DNA from: Candidatus Velesiimonas alkalicola
Lineage (GTDB): Bacteria > Omnitrophota > Gorgyraeia > Velesiimonadales > Velesiimonadaceae
DNA length: 64,000 nt
Assembly (NCBI GenBank): GCA_013626165.1
Contig: NDHX01000005.1
Location: forward strand, 26,875-90,874
Direction: 5' to 3'
In this document: positions 30,000-40,794 of the stretch, one piece after another
Layout: each line of letters starts with the position of its first letter
Position numbering within the stretch: the first letter of the stretch is position 1
Position numbers and translations under genes: made by a program
Notes under the pieces: model-generated
Database searches by the model: none
What the model was told of the DNA's origin: nothing
What the model saw: the letters and a program-made list of their open reading frames with translations, nothing else

Positions 30000-31149
30000 A
30001 CTCTGGAAAGATGTCCAAGAAGAACAGTGGGAGGATTGGGGTTGGCAGATAAGAAATAGAATTACAACGGTTGAACAATTAAAAAAGGTTATTGATGTAA
30101 CAGAAGAAGAAGAAAAGGGGATACTGCAGTCAAAGGGAAGACTTGCAATGGCAATTACTCCATACTGGGCAAGCCTTATGGACAAAGAAAAACCATACTG
30201 TCCGATAAGAAGGCAGGCGGTCCCTACCGTTCTTGAATCATATGTTACAGCACAGGAAACAACAGACCCTCTTTCTGAGGATGAGGATTCTCCGGTGCCG
30301 GGGCTTGTCCACAGATACCCTGACAGGGTCCTTCTTCTTGCAACGGACCAGTGTGCAATGTATTGCAGACACTGCACAAGAAGAAGGCTTGTAGGAGAAG
30401 GTGATTTTTCTATCTCGGAACACCTTGAAAAGGCTTTTGAATATATAAGAGCAAATAAAAAGATAAGAGATGTTCTTATATCAGGTGGAGACCCTCTTAT
30501 GCTGCCAGATGAGAGGATAGAAACAATACTGAAAGGTATCCGTTCAATATCAAGTGTTGAGATTGTAAGGATTGGAAGCCGTGTTCCTGTTACGCTTCCG
30601 ATGCGTATAACAGGAAATTTAATTTCAATACTTAAAAAATATAATCTGTTGTGGATGTCCATACATTTTAATCATCCGAAAGAGATTACAAAAAGATGTA
30701 AAAGAGCCTGTTCAGATGTTGTTGATGCGGGTATTCCTATGGGAAGCCAGACCGTCCTTCTTAAAGGTATTAATGAAAGGCTATACATAATGAAAAAACT
30801 TATGCATGATCTTTTAGCAATAAGGGTAAGACCTTACTATATGTATCAATGCGACCTGGCAAGAGGGACAAGTCATTTTAGAGCTCCTGTTTCAGTGGGT
30901 ATTCAATTGATGGAAAAATTAAGAGGACATACCACAGGTTATGCGGTCCCTACATACGTTATTGATGCCCCCGGTGGAGGGGGGAAGATACCTATTGCTC
31001 CAAACTATATTGTATCTGAGTCTAATGGTGTGTATACATTAAGAAATTACGAGGGGAAGATTTTCCGCTACAGCGAAGAAACAGAATTTGTTTCTGCGGC
31101 ACAGGAAGAAAATACACCTGCACCATTAGTAGAACAAAAAATAGACTGA
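29974..31149 (+). CDS. KamA-family radical SAM aminomutase (lysine 2,3-aminomutase-like). Substrate is not resolved: lysine or glutamate.
   Basis: 391 aa with the CAMYCRHCTRRR radical-SAM CxxxCxxC signature identical in style to KamA. The N-terminus ELWKDV..W.DW.WQ matches KamA. Start overlaps the preceding ATP-grasp gene. Confidence 0.8.
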   Translation: MYTDYRRCELWKDVQEEQWEDWGWQIRNRITTVEQLKKVIDVTEEEEKGILQSKGRLAMAITPYWASLMDKEKPYCPIRRQAVPTVLESYVTAQETTDPLSEDEDSPVPGLVHRYPDRVLLLATDQCAMYCRHCTRRRLVGEGDFSISEHLEKAFEYIRANKKIRDVLISGGDPLMLPDERIETILKGIRSISSVEIVRIGSRVPVTLPMRITGNLISILKKYNLLWMSIHFNHPKEITKRCKRACSDVVDAGIPMGSQTVLLKGINERLYIMKKLMHDLLAIRVRPYYMYQCDLARGTSHFRAPVSVGIQLMEKLRGHTTGYAVPTYVIDAPGGGGKIPIAPNYIVSESNGVYTLRNYEGKIFRYSEETEFVSAAQEENTPAPLVEQKID

Positions 31150-31172
31150 CAGATAAGGTTTTAAGTATATAA

Positions 31173-32761
<1,589 letters not shown>

Positions 32762-33042
32762 GTGTGCCTTTTATAAATTTAGGCGATGTATTTTTGGTCT
32801 CCTGTGGGTACACTTCTACACTCAACAATAAGTTTATATCCAGAAGGGAAGGCATTTAGAGGCACAGTTTTTGCAGAGAAACTTTCCATTATCCTTCCAG
32901 AAATAAAAACTTAAGAGCACATTATACTCGCCCCAATAGTCCGTGGACCATATTCCGTATACCGCATTCTATAAAAGATACTTACGACGATATACGAACA
33001 AAGGTTTTCCCAGGCACATGTCCGCCTGTTCTATTCAGGGAC

Positions 33043-34920
33043 TTACTCACAAAGTTGTTTTTCCGCATCCACAACATCCCTGTTAAAATAGTGTATTGTA
33101 TCTTTCAATCTTTGTTTTAGTCCATCTGAAAGTATCGGAGAATTATGGATTTCTCTTAAAACTTGAATACTCATCCTGAAATATCTTATTACATCCCCTT
33201 CATCTGTATCTGTCCATTGAAAAAGATTTTGAAATCCTGCCCCTTGAAGCCACATATGTGTTGCCTCTGCAAGGTGAAAATGTGCTTGTTTGCTTTTCGG
33301 ATAGATCCTGTATTTTGATTCAAGATAGTTTATTTTTTTATAAAAATTATCGCACATCTGTTTTAGGGCGTTTATTTTTTTTGATAGAGGTTTTTCTTTT
33401 TGATGTTTTCTTGGTTCAAATACAATGGCATTGGCTAATATCCCGAGAGAGAGTTTATCTAATTTTTCAAGTGCACCTTTTTCATACAATTCAGAAAGTA
33501 AAATCTCATAACTCGGAACACTTTTGGCAAATATACCTTTATCGGTAAGAGTGCCGTTTTTTATATTCAGACTTTCTTTAAGGCAGTTTATTTTATCTTT
33601 CATAAGGCGGGTTGTCTCCTTGTGTTGGTATTTTTTGGTTTGAAAATAATGAAGCGAAGATGGATATATATTCAAAAAATTTTCTCCATATCTCTGATAA
33701 AGGTTAAGAAGTGTTGAATAGGATGCGTTAAACTGGCTTTTTACCTCTTCGGGATTTCCGTAAATTATCCGTTTTATATTGTCAGGGGTTGTATAGCGAG
33801 GATTTATTCTGCAGTACACAGACCCTTGTTTGTCCATGCCTCTTCTTCCTGCTCTTCCGGCCATCTGATAAAAGTCCCTTGTTTTCAGGTTCTCTATTCT
33901 GTTGCCGTAAAACTTTTTAAGCTCATCAAATATAACCGTTCTGCTGGGCATATTTATACCAAGTGCAAATGTTTCTGTTGTAAATATTATTTTAAGAAGC
34001 CTGCTTGTGAATAATCTTTCTATGGTTTCTTTAAGTGTCGGAAGCATCCCTGCATGATGGTATGCTATGCCTTTCTGAATAAGCGGATAAATCTGTTTTG
34101 CCGATGGTTCATCTTGTAGTGAAAATTTTTCACACAGTAAATTATACATTGAAGATATCTTCTGGCTTTCATCGGTTTTAAGAAAATTATGGTGAATAAG
34201 TTCAAGTGCAAGACTTTCAGCTCTGTTTCTTCCGAATACAAAATATATACAAGGAAATCCTTCAACCTTCTGTATATATTCAATCAGTGAGTTAAGCCTG
34301 TTTGGTGCTTCTCTGTTTGTACTTTTTTTTAAGACCTCAATGTTGTTATATATTTTATTGTGACAATAGAAATAAAAATGAAGAGGAACAGGCCTCTTAT
34401 GTTCTATTACAACTTTTACTTCTTTTTTATGAATAGTTTGTATCCACCTTGCAAGATGGTGGACATTGGGAATTGTTGCAGAAAGTGCAAGTATGTTCAT
34501 ATGTTCCGGAAGGAATATAAAAGATTCTTCCCACACAGTTCCTCTTTCAGGATTGTCTATGTAATGGACCTCATCAAATATTATCCAGGAATATTGTTTA
34601 AGCGCATGTGCTTCTTCAAGAACTTTGTTCCTGAATATCTCTGTTGTCATTATCATAACAAGCGATTGAGGGTTTATTGAAACATCCCCTGTAAGTATGC
34701 CTACGTGTCCTGGGAACTGGGATTTAAAATCCCTGAATTTCTGGTTTGAAAGAGCCTTCAATGGGGCTGTATATATTATACCTGTTCTATCCTGAAGACA
34801 TTTTGAGATAAGATGTTCTGCAATAGCAGTCTTACCGGCCCCTGTTGGTGCAGAAACTATAACAGATAAACCGCTATTGAGATGTTCAATTGCCTTTTTT
34901 TGAAATTCGTCATAAATCAT
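33043..34920 (-). CDS. Ski2-like DEAD/DEAH-box superfamily II helicase
   Basis: 625 aa with Walker A (APTGAGKT), DEVH box and helicase C motifs (QMAGRAGRRG). Confidence 0.8.
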   Translation of the reverse strand: MIYDEFQKKAIEHLNSGLSVIVSAPTGAGKTAIAEHLISKCLQDRTGIIYTAPLKALSNQKFRDFKSQFPGHVGILTGDVSINPQSLVMIMTTEIFRNKVLEEAHALKQYSWIIFDEVHYIDNPERGTVWEESFIFLPEHMNILALSATIPNVHHLARWIQTIHKKEVKVVIEHKRPVPLHFYFYCHNKIYNNIEVLKKSTNREAPNRLNSLIEYIQKVEGFPCIYFVFGRNRAESLALELIHHNFLKTDESQKISSMYNLLCEKFSLQDEPSAKQIYPLIQKGIAYHHAGMLPTLKETIERLFTSRLLKIIFTTETFALGINMPSRTVIFDELKKFYGNRIENLKTRDFYQMAGRAGRRGMDKQGSVYCRINPRYTTPDNIKRIIYGNPEEVKSQFNASYSTLLNLYQRYGENFLNIYPSSLHYFQTKKYQHKETTRLMKDKINCLKESLNIKNGTLTDKGIFAKSVPSYEILLSELYEKGALEKLDKLSLGILANAIVFEPRKHQKEKPLSKKINALKQMCDNFYKKINYLESKYRIYPKSKQAHFHLAEATHMWLQGAGFQNLFQWTDTDEGDVIRYFRMSIQVLREIHNSPILSDGLKQRLKDTIHYFNRDVVDAEKQLCE

Positions 34921-35050
34921 GTATAATATTATAGTTTAAAAGATTGATTTATGGCAAGAAATTTGTAAAATATAAATGTAAAAGGGCAAGAAATGAAGAT
35001 TGTGTGTATGTAAAGGTAAAAACAAATTCAAAAAATGAAGGTCGGGTAGG

Positions 35051-35290
35051 ACAGAGCACCAGAGCACCAGTCACCAGAGCACCAGTTGCTCCTTAAGTTT
35101 CTAATGGGGCCTGCCCCGACTTGTCGGGGAGGGATGTCTTTTTCCATCCCCCAAAAAAAATTAAAAAAAAGTATACGAAAGATTAGAAAAGATTAGAAAA
35201 GGCTACAAAGGTCAGGTGCCCTGGTGCTCTGGTGCGCTGGTGCACTGGTGCATTTGAAATTAGTGGGATTGGGGTTGTGCAGCTGTCTTA
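35051..35290. repeat. Composite repeat. A GCACCAG array (35051-35088) is paired with an inverted CTGGTGC array (35213-35250) around a ~125-bp core. The core holds hairpins (CCCCGAC-TTG-TCGGGG) and a GATTAGAAAA x2 tandem. It is followed by the 35-bp block shared with 1226-1262.
   Basis: All seen directly. The terminal ctggtgcatttgaaattagtgggattggggttgtgca is identical to the copy near 1226. Confidence 0.8.
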
Positions 35291-35310
35291 AACTATTAAA
35301 AAGGAGGGAC

Positions 35311-35754
35311 ATGGGAAGGGTTCTTATAATAGATGACGAAGAATCTACAAGAGAGATTATAAGTATCATTCTTAAAAAAGAAGGGCACGAGATATCTACC
35401 GCCGTTGATGGAAAACAGGGACTTATGCTTGCACAGAATGAAAAACCGGATATTATACTTCTTGATATAAGAATGCCCGTTATGGATGGAATTGAAGTCT
35501 TGAAAGCATTAAAAGGAAGCGATGCAACCTCTCCTATACCTGTTGTAATGATTACGGCCCTTCCGCAAGAAAGAGAAAGGGCAATAGAAAACGGTTGTGA
35601 TGAATTTCTTACCAAACCCATAGACAGACTTGAACTTATTGCAAGGGTAAGGTCATTGACACGTTTAAGTAAATTATTTAGAGACCTTGATTTATCTATA
35701 GAGTATCTTTTAAGGCTTAAAAAGGGTGTAAAAAATGATACTTCTTTCAAATAA
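35311..35754 (+). CDS. Response regulator, receiver domain only (CheY-like)
   Basis: 147 aa: RVLIIDDEES...DIILLDIRMPVMDG...VVMITA. It has the phospho-acceptor Asp context and no output domain. The tracked ORF start at 35224 lies inside the repeat, so Met 35311 is the likely start. Confidence 0.8.
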   Translation: MGRVLIIDDEESTREIISIILKKEGHEISTAVDGKQGLMLAQNEKPDIILLDIRMPVMDGIEVLKALKGSDATSPIPVVMITALPQERERAIENGCDEFLTKPIDRLELIARVRSLTRLSKLFRDLDLSIEYLLRLKKGVKNDTSFK

Positions 35755-37183
35755 AATATGAGGTTGTAAAAACCGGTATTTTTACTATGGGACGGTAAGA
35801 AGTTTTTACTTTTTTTAAATTTTCCAGGCCGCTGTCTCCCATCAAACTTATATATCTATAAGAAATATGTTCTTTGCAAAATTCCCTGAACATCCATTGT
35901 GCAAGTCCTTTTATTTCCGGTTCTGCAATTTCAAAAAGAATACAGAATGTATCCTGTCTTAAAGGAAAACCAAATGTATACCCTTCTATTTTATTGTTGA
36001 TATATATAACCCTTCCTTCAAGCCCTAACCTTTCTGCATATAGCATTCCTGTTTGGTGTGCCAGAGCAGAATCCGATATAAGCATGTTATAGTATTCATC
36101 CTCATTGTATTTGTCCTGCGACTGATTGTTTCTTATTCTTTTTTTTGCCCATCTTAAGTACAGAGCAATGGCTTCTTGTGTTTGATGCCTTGAAAAATTT
36201 CTATATGTATATTTATACCTGTTATTAAAATAATTACAGTTAGCTCTTTTTGATTTATATCTATCTCCTTTTAATTCTACAAGTTCTTTTGTAAGGCAGA
36301 TATATTCTAAATCAGATTTTTTAAAATCCAAATAAGGTTCCTCGCAATCCTGCAGAGCAAGGTTTTCTATTCTTGAAACGGCTGAATCTTTGCCGTTTAA
36401 CTGCTTAAGAATGTCCATCCCTGTGCTTAATTGATGGCCGTTGCCTATCGGCGGCAAAAGCAAAAACCAGCCTCCTGTTTTTGCAAATATAAAAAGGTGG
36501 TCCTCAATAATTTTCCATGCAATATGCAAAATATCTTTCCATATAAATATGGACAGAAAAGAATATGAACTTAAAAAGGAGTTATATTTATTAAAAAAGT
36601 TCTGTATAATATCTTTGTCTCTGATGCAAATTTTTTTTAACCCTATGGGTAAAAATCTCTCTGTTGAGCGTTTAACAGAAAAAAGTTTCTGCACAGACGC
36701 CTGATATTCCATAATGAAACAATGATTTTTTTCAAGGTATTCCGTAAGATTTTTATTAAAATATTCTTCAAGGTATTCTACATATTTCTTAAAGCTTTCC
36801 TTTCCCCACATACTTCTTATGATTGGACAGGAAAAATCTGCGCCGACCACAATGGCATTGCGATGTTTATTTTCCATAACAACAAAAGGGTACAACTGGC
36901 AATCAAAAGGTCTTCTCTTATAGACATTACAGGAACTTTTATCAGTGTCAAAAAACGGGCATACACACACATCTTTTTTTTGAACCAATCCGATTCTTGT
37001 TCCCCTTCTATTGTCAATATGCGGAAGATATATATCCTGTATGTACGGGGAAAGATTAAGGACCTCTTCTGCATCAAGATATGGTCTTATCGGTGTATCA
37101 GGGCTTGAAAATCTACAACATACCCTGCATTTAAGGCATAGTTTTTGTGTAATAAAATTCGGTTGAGTAAACACATCTTTCAC
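35747..37183 (-). CDS. Fusion protein: N-terminal YkgJ-type Cys cluster (CxxCxxCC) plus C-terminal DUF2156-like (LPG-synthase-C / aminoacyl-tRNA-dependent transferase-like) domain. Tentative.
   Basis: 478 aa with N-terminal CLKCRVCCRF. The C-terminal ~170 aa resemble the MprF C-terminal DUF2156 pattern (GRVIYINNKIEGYTFGFP...EPEIKGLAQWMFREF...LMGDSGLENL). Confidence 0.4.
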   Translation of the reverse strand: MKDVFTQPNFITQKLCLKCRVCCRFSSPDTPIRPYLDAEEVLNLSPYIQDIYLPHIDNRRGTRIGLVQKKDVCVCPFFDTDKSSCNVYKRRPFDCQLYPFVVMENKHRNAIVVGADFSCPIIRSMWGKESFKKYVEYLEEYFNKNLTEYLEKNHCFIMEYQASVQKLFSVKRSTERFLPIGLKKICIRDKDIIQNFFNKYNSFLSSYSFLSIFIWKDILHIAWKIIEDHLFIFAKTGGWFLLLPPIGNGHQLSTGMDILKQLNGKDSAVSRIENLALQDCEEPYLDFKKSDLEYICLTKELVELKGDRYKSKRANCNYFNNRYKYTYRNFSRHQTQEAIALYLRWAKKRIRNNQSQDKYNEDEYYNMLISDSALAHQTGMLYAERLGLEGRVIYINNKIEGYTFGFPLRQDTFCILFEIAEPEIKGLAQWMFREFCKEHISYRYISLMGDSGLENLKKVKTSYRPIVKIPVFTTSYFI

Positions 37184-37566
37184 AATATTTATTATATTTT
37201 ATGGAAGAAATATTACAATAAATTTTCAACAACAGGGTAGAAAATTCAAAAATCCCTGTCTACAAGACAGGTTAAGGGCAGGTACCGCAGGCAGGGATGT
37301 TTTTCCCATTCTCAAACAAAGATAAAAAAGTATTGACAAAATTTAAGTTATATGATAAACTTATAACAAGTGGGGATTTGTATGATATATGATATGTGCA
37401 GTGTAATAAATAATTGTTTAAGTTGCTATTCAGGTTATTTAGGCTGTGGGCTATAGGCTGTTAGTATTTTTTGTTTATACTTACAGTCTAAATAACCTAT
37501 GGTCTATTTACCTAAGTGTTTAATGCGTTTTTTATATAACATATCACATACTTCCATTGGAGTAAA

Positions 37567-38655
37567 ATGGCAAAAGTAATTTTGAAGAAAGTAGGTAAAA
37601 CTTACGGCAGTAAAGTAATCGCGGTCAAGGATTTTAACCTGGAGGTCAAAGATAAAGAGTTTGTGGTCCTGGTAGGTCCTTCTGGCTGCGGGAAGTCTAC
37701 CACTTTAAGGATGATTGCGGGTCTGGAGGACATTACCGAAGGAGAAATTCACATTGATAATCTTCTGGTTAATGACCTGCCAGCCAAAGACAGGGACATC
37801 GCAATGGTTTTCCAAAATTACGCCCTCTACCCCCATATGTCTATCTATGATAACCTCTCTTTTGGCTTAAGGTTAAGAAAATTGCCGGCCCCTGAGATTA
37901 AACAGCGCGTTAAGGATGCAGCACAGATGTTAGGTATTTATGACCTGCTCCACCGCATTCCCAAAGAATTGTCCGGAGGACAACAACAAAGAGCGGCGGT
38001 AGGCAGAGCCATTGTCCGCAAACCCAAGGTATTTCTCTTTGACGAACCCTTGAGCAACCTTGATGCCAAGATGCGGGTACAGATGAGGCTGGAAATTATC
38101 AAACTTCATCAGCGGCTTCAGGCAACTATGATTTACGTCACTCATGACCAGGTAGAAGCAATGACCATGGGTGAGCGGATTGTGGTTATGAAAGACGGCC
38201 TGGTTCATCAGATTGCCGCACCCCTGGACCTGTATGAATTCCCGGTCAACAAATTTGTGGCCGGTTTTATCGGTTCACCCCCAATGAACTTCTTTGAGGG
38301 TAAGATTGTCAAAGAAGAAGTCCGCTTCTTTTTTAAAACAGAGGTGTTTAAGATTTTGCTTGCACCTGAAATTACAGAAAAGGTAAGTCCTTACCGGGAG
38401 AAAAAGATCTATTTAGGAATCAGACCTGAACACATTTCCATTGGTGAAAATGGCCAGATTTCGGTTCAGGTTGAAGTGGTGGAGCCTCTGGGCAACGAAA
38501 CCCTGCTGCACCTGCGTTGCGGAGAAAATTTGCTCTTGTGCCGCCGGTTTGTAAGCGGAGAGATAAGAAAAATACAGGAGGAAATTAAGATTTCCTTTGA
38601 CCCCAAACAGATACAACTCTTTGATTTAGATACCGAAAACTCAATTCTTCATTAA
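37567..38655 (+). CDS. Sugar ABC transporter ATP-binding protein (MalK/UgpC family)
   Basis: 362 aa with Walker A GPSGCGKST, LSGGQQQR, Walker B LFDEPLSNLD and a C-terminal TOBE-like regulatory domain. The segment is noticeably GC-richer than its neighbours. Confidence 0.85.
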   Translation: MAKVILKKVGKTYGSKVIAVKDFNLEVKDKEFVVLVGPSGCGKSTTLRMIAGLEDITEGEIHIDNLLVNDLPAKDRDIAMVFQNYALYPHMSIYDNLSFGLRLRKLPAPEIKQRVKDAAQMLGIYDLLHRIPKELSGGQQQRAAVGRAIVRKPKVFLFDEPLSNLDAKMRVQMRLEIIKLHQRLQATMIYVTHDQVEAMTMGERIVVMKDGLVHQIAAPLDLYEFPVNKFVAGFIGSPPMNFFEGKIVKEEVRFFFKTEVFKILLAPEITEKVSPYREKKIYLGIRPEHISIGENGQISVQVEVVEPLGNETLLHLRCGENLLLCRRFVSGEIRKIQEEIKISFDPKQIQLFDLDTENSILH

Positions 38656-38657
38656 GG

Positions 38658-39539
38658 TTAATATTTGGTTCCCGTCAGTTTTATCCCTTCCACAAAGAAC
38701 CGCTGGTTAAATATAAAGACAATCAGTGTGGGCAGCATCACAATTATGGAGGCAGCCATCAGGAGAGTCCAGTCGGTCGTATGAAGCCCCTGGAAAGAAG
38801 CCACTCCTATCGGCAAAGTCCTCATCTCCATACTGTTGGTAACGATTAAGGGCCACATAAAATTATTCCAGGAACCAATAAAGGTTACCGTGCCGAGTGT
38901 GGCTAGTGCGGGTTTAGAAAGAGGAATAACCACATGGCGGTAAATGCCCAATTTATTGCATCCGTCAATTCGCGCTGCGTCCTCTAAATTGCTGGAAATT
39001 GACATAAAAAACTGCCTTAAAAGAAACGTTCCGAAAGCAGTAAACAATCCCGGGATAATTAAAGCCTTATAGGTGTCAATCCAGCCGAAAAGTCTCATAA
39101 GAATAAAGGTGGGAATCATTGTAACCGCGCCCGGCAGCATCATTGTAGCCAAATAAAGGAAGAAAAGTTTATCCCGGCCTGGGAATTTTAGGCGCGCAAA
39201 AGCAAAGGCAGCTAAAGAACTGGTGAGAAGAACACCCACGGTCTGACAGAGAGCAATAAAGATGGAGTTAAGATAAAACCGGCCAAAAGGCACTGCGCGC
39301 CAGGCATCAATGTAATTTCTCCAGACAATGGGACTGGGAATCCACTGAGGCGGGAAGGTAAAGACCGCACCTGCTTCCTTTAAGGACGTGGAAAGCATCC
39401 ACAGAAAAGGCACTAACATTGTTATCGCACCTAAACTTAAGATGAAAATCCACAGGGCTTTCCAGGTTATATCCCTCTTTTTCTTCCGACGCTTGGATTC
39501 TGCCCGACTTAGATGTTTTTCATTCTGCCCCTTAAACAT
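38658..39539 (-). CDS. Carbohydrate ABC transporter permease (MalG/UgpE-like)
   Basis: 293 aa with the EAA loop motif (EDAARIDGCN...PLSKPAL) and 6 TM segments. Confidence 0.85.
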   Translation of the reverse strand: MFKGQNEKHLSRAESKRRKKKRDITWKALWIFILSLGAITMLVPFLWMLSTSLKEAGAVFTFPPQWIPSPIVWRNYIDAWRAVPFGRFYLNSIFIALCQTVGVLLTSSLAAFAFARLKFPGRDKLFFLYLATMMLPGAVTMIPTFILMRLFGWIDTYKALIIPGLFTAFGTFLLRQFFMSISSNLEDAARIDGCNKLGIYRHVVIPLSKPALATLGTVTFIGSWNNFMWPLIVTNSMEMRTLPIGVASFQGLHTTDWTLLMAASIIVMLPTLIVFIFNQRFFVEGIKLTGTKY

Positions 39540-40452
39540 ACTTTACCCCTTTTCCTCCGTACTTCCAGTTCAGTAGTGTGGCGATGAAAACAAGGGCAAA
39601 GAGTACCCATGCGATAGAAGAAGCATAGCCCATCTTAAACCACTGGTATGCATTAATATAAATATAGTAATCGATGGTGGTGGTGGCGCCGGCTGGTCCA
39701 CCACCGGTCATCATATAGGCGGACATAAACCCGCCCTGGAATCCGCCAATGACGCTCATCACAAAGATAAAAAATGTAGTGGGAGTAATGCAGGGCAGAG
39801 TGATGTATAGAAACTTTTGCCAGAAGTTGGCACCGTCCACGTCCGCTGCCTCGTAGAGATGCCGCGGCACCCCCTGTAAAGCGGCAAGATAAAGGATGGT
39901 GTTAAATCCACCAAGGCCTGCCCACAACCCCATAAAAGCAATAGCCGGTTTTGCCCATTCGATACTGGATAACCATCCCGGTCCCTGGATGCCGACCCGG
40001 GCTAAAAAGGTGTTGATCAAACCAAAGTCGGGGTTATAGAGCCATCGCCATAGAATAGCAAGTGCCACCCCGGAACATACCGTGGGCAGAAAATAGATGG
40101 TGCGGTAGATGGTAATCCCCTTTATTTTCTGATTCAAAAGAAGCGCCATTATCAGAGATAGAGCCATGCCCACCGGAATAAAGAGCATGTAGAAAATGGT
40201 ATTCCAGAGGTAATACCAGAAGTGAGGATCATTGGCGACCAGGCCGGTGGGAGTACTATGAAACCCTAACAGTTCGACAAAATTGGAAAAACCGACAAAC
40301 CTCAATGGAGTAAGAATATCCCATTCGGTAAAAGCAAGGAACAAGGACCAGAGGGCGGGCCCTATCGTAAAAACAAGAAACCCTAAAAGGTTAGGCAGAA
40401 GAAAGAGATAGGCTCCACCGTATAACACCAGGAAATTTCTTTTTTTTCTCAT
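39532..40452 (-). CDS. Carbohydrate ABC transporter permease (MalF/UgpA-like)
   Basis: 306 aa with EAA-type motif (YEAADVDGAN...ITLP). Overlaps the downstream permease gene. No substrate-binding protein gene is adjacent. Confidence 0.85.
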   Translation of the reverse strand: MRKKRNFLVLYGGAYLFLLPNLLGFLVFTIGPALWSLFLAFTEWDILTPLRFVGFSNFVELLGFHSTPTGLVANDPHFWYYLWNTIFYMLFIPVGMALSLIMALLLNQKIKGITIYRTIYFLPTVCSGVALAILWRWLYNPDFGLINTFLARVGIQGPGWLSSIEWAKPAIAFMGLWAGLGGFNTILYLAALQGVPRHLYEAADVDGANFWQKFLYITLPCITPTTFFIFVMSVIGGFQGGFMSAYMMTGGGPAGATTTIDYYIYINAYQWFKMGYASSIAWVLFALVFIATLLNWKYGGKGVKYV

Positions 40453-40794
40453 AAAATTATCCTAAATTGTCCCCGAAAGCCTTAAAAACAGTCAGTTCCC
40501 AGGAGGCTAATTATTATAAGTGAACCCTCTGTCGGGGACGCAACAAAATCTTGTCACACACGACCATCTCCAATAAAAATTTTATCATAAACTTCTAATG
40601 GTGTCAAGAAAAAAATTTTTCCTTATTATAATTAAAAGATACAGAGGCAGAGACTACGAGCATACTGGTATGATATAATAAGGCAGTAAAAAAATAAACC
40701 CCTTTAGATAAGACTTTCTATCTAATTAAAATTTGAGAACTTTTTGCTTTATATAACAGGCAGGGAAAATAAAACAGGTTAAGACGGGAAAAAT

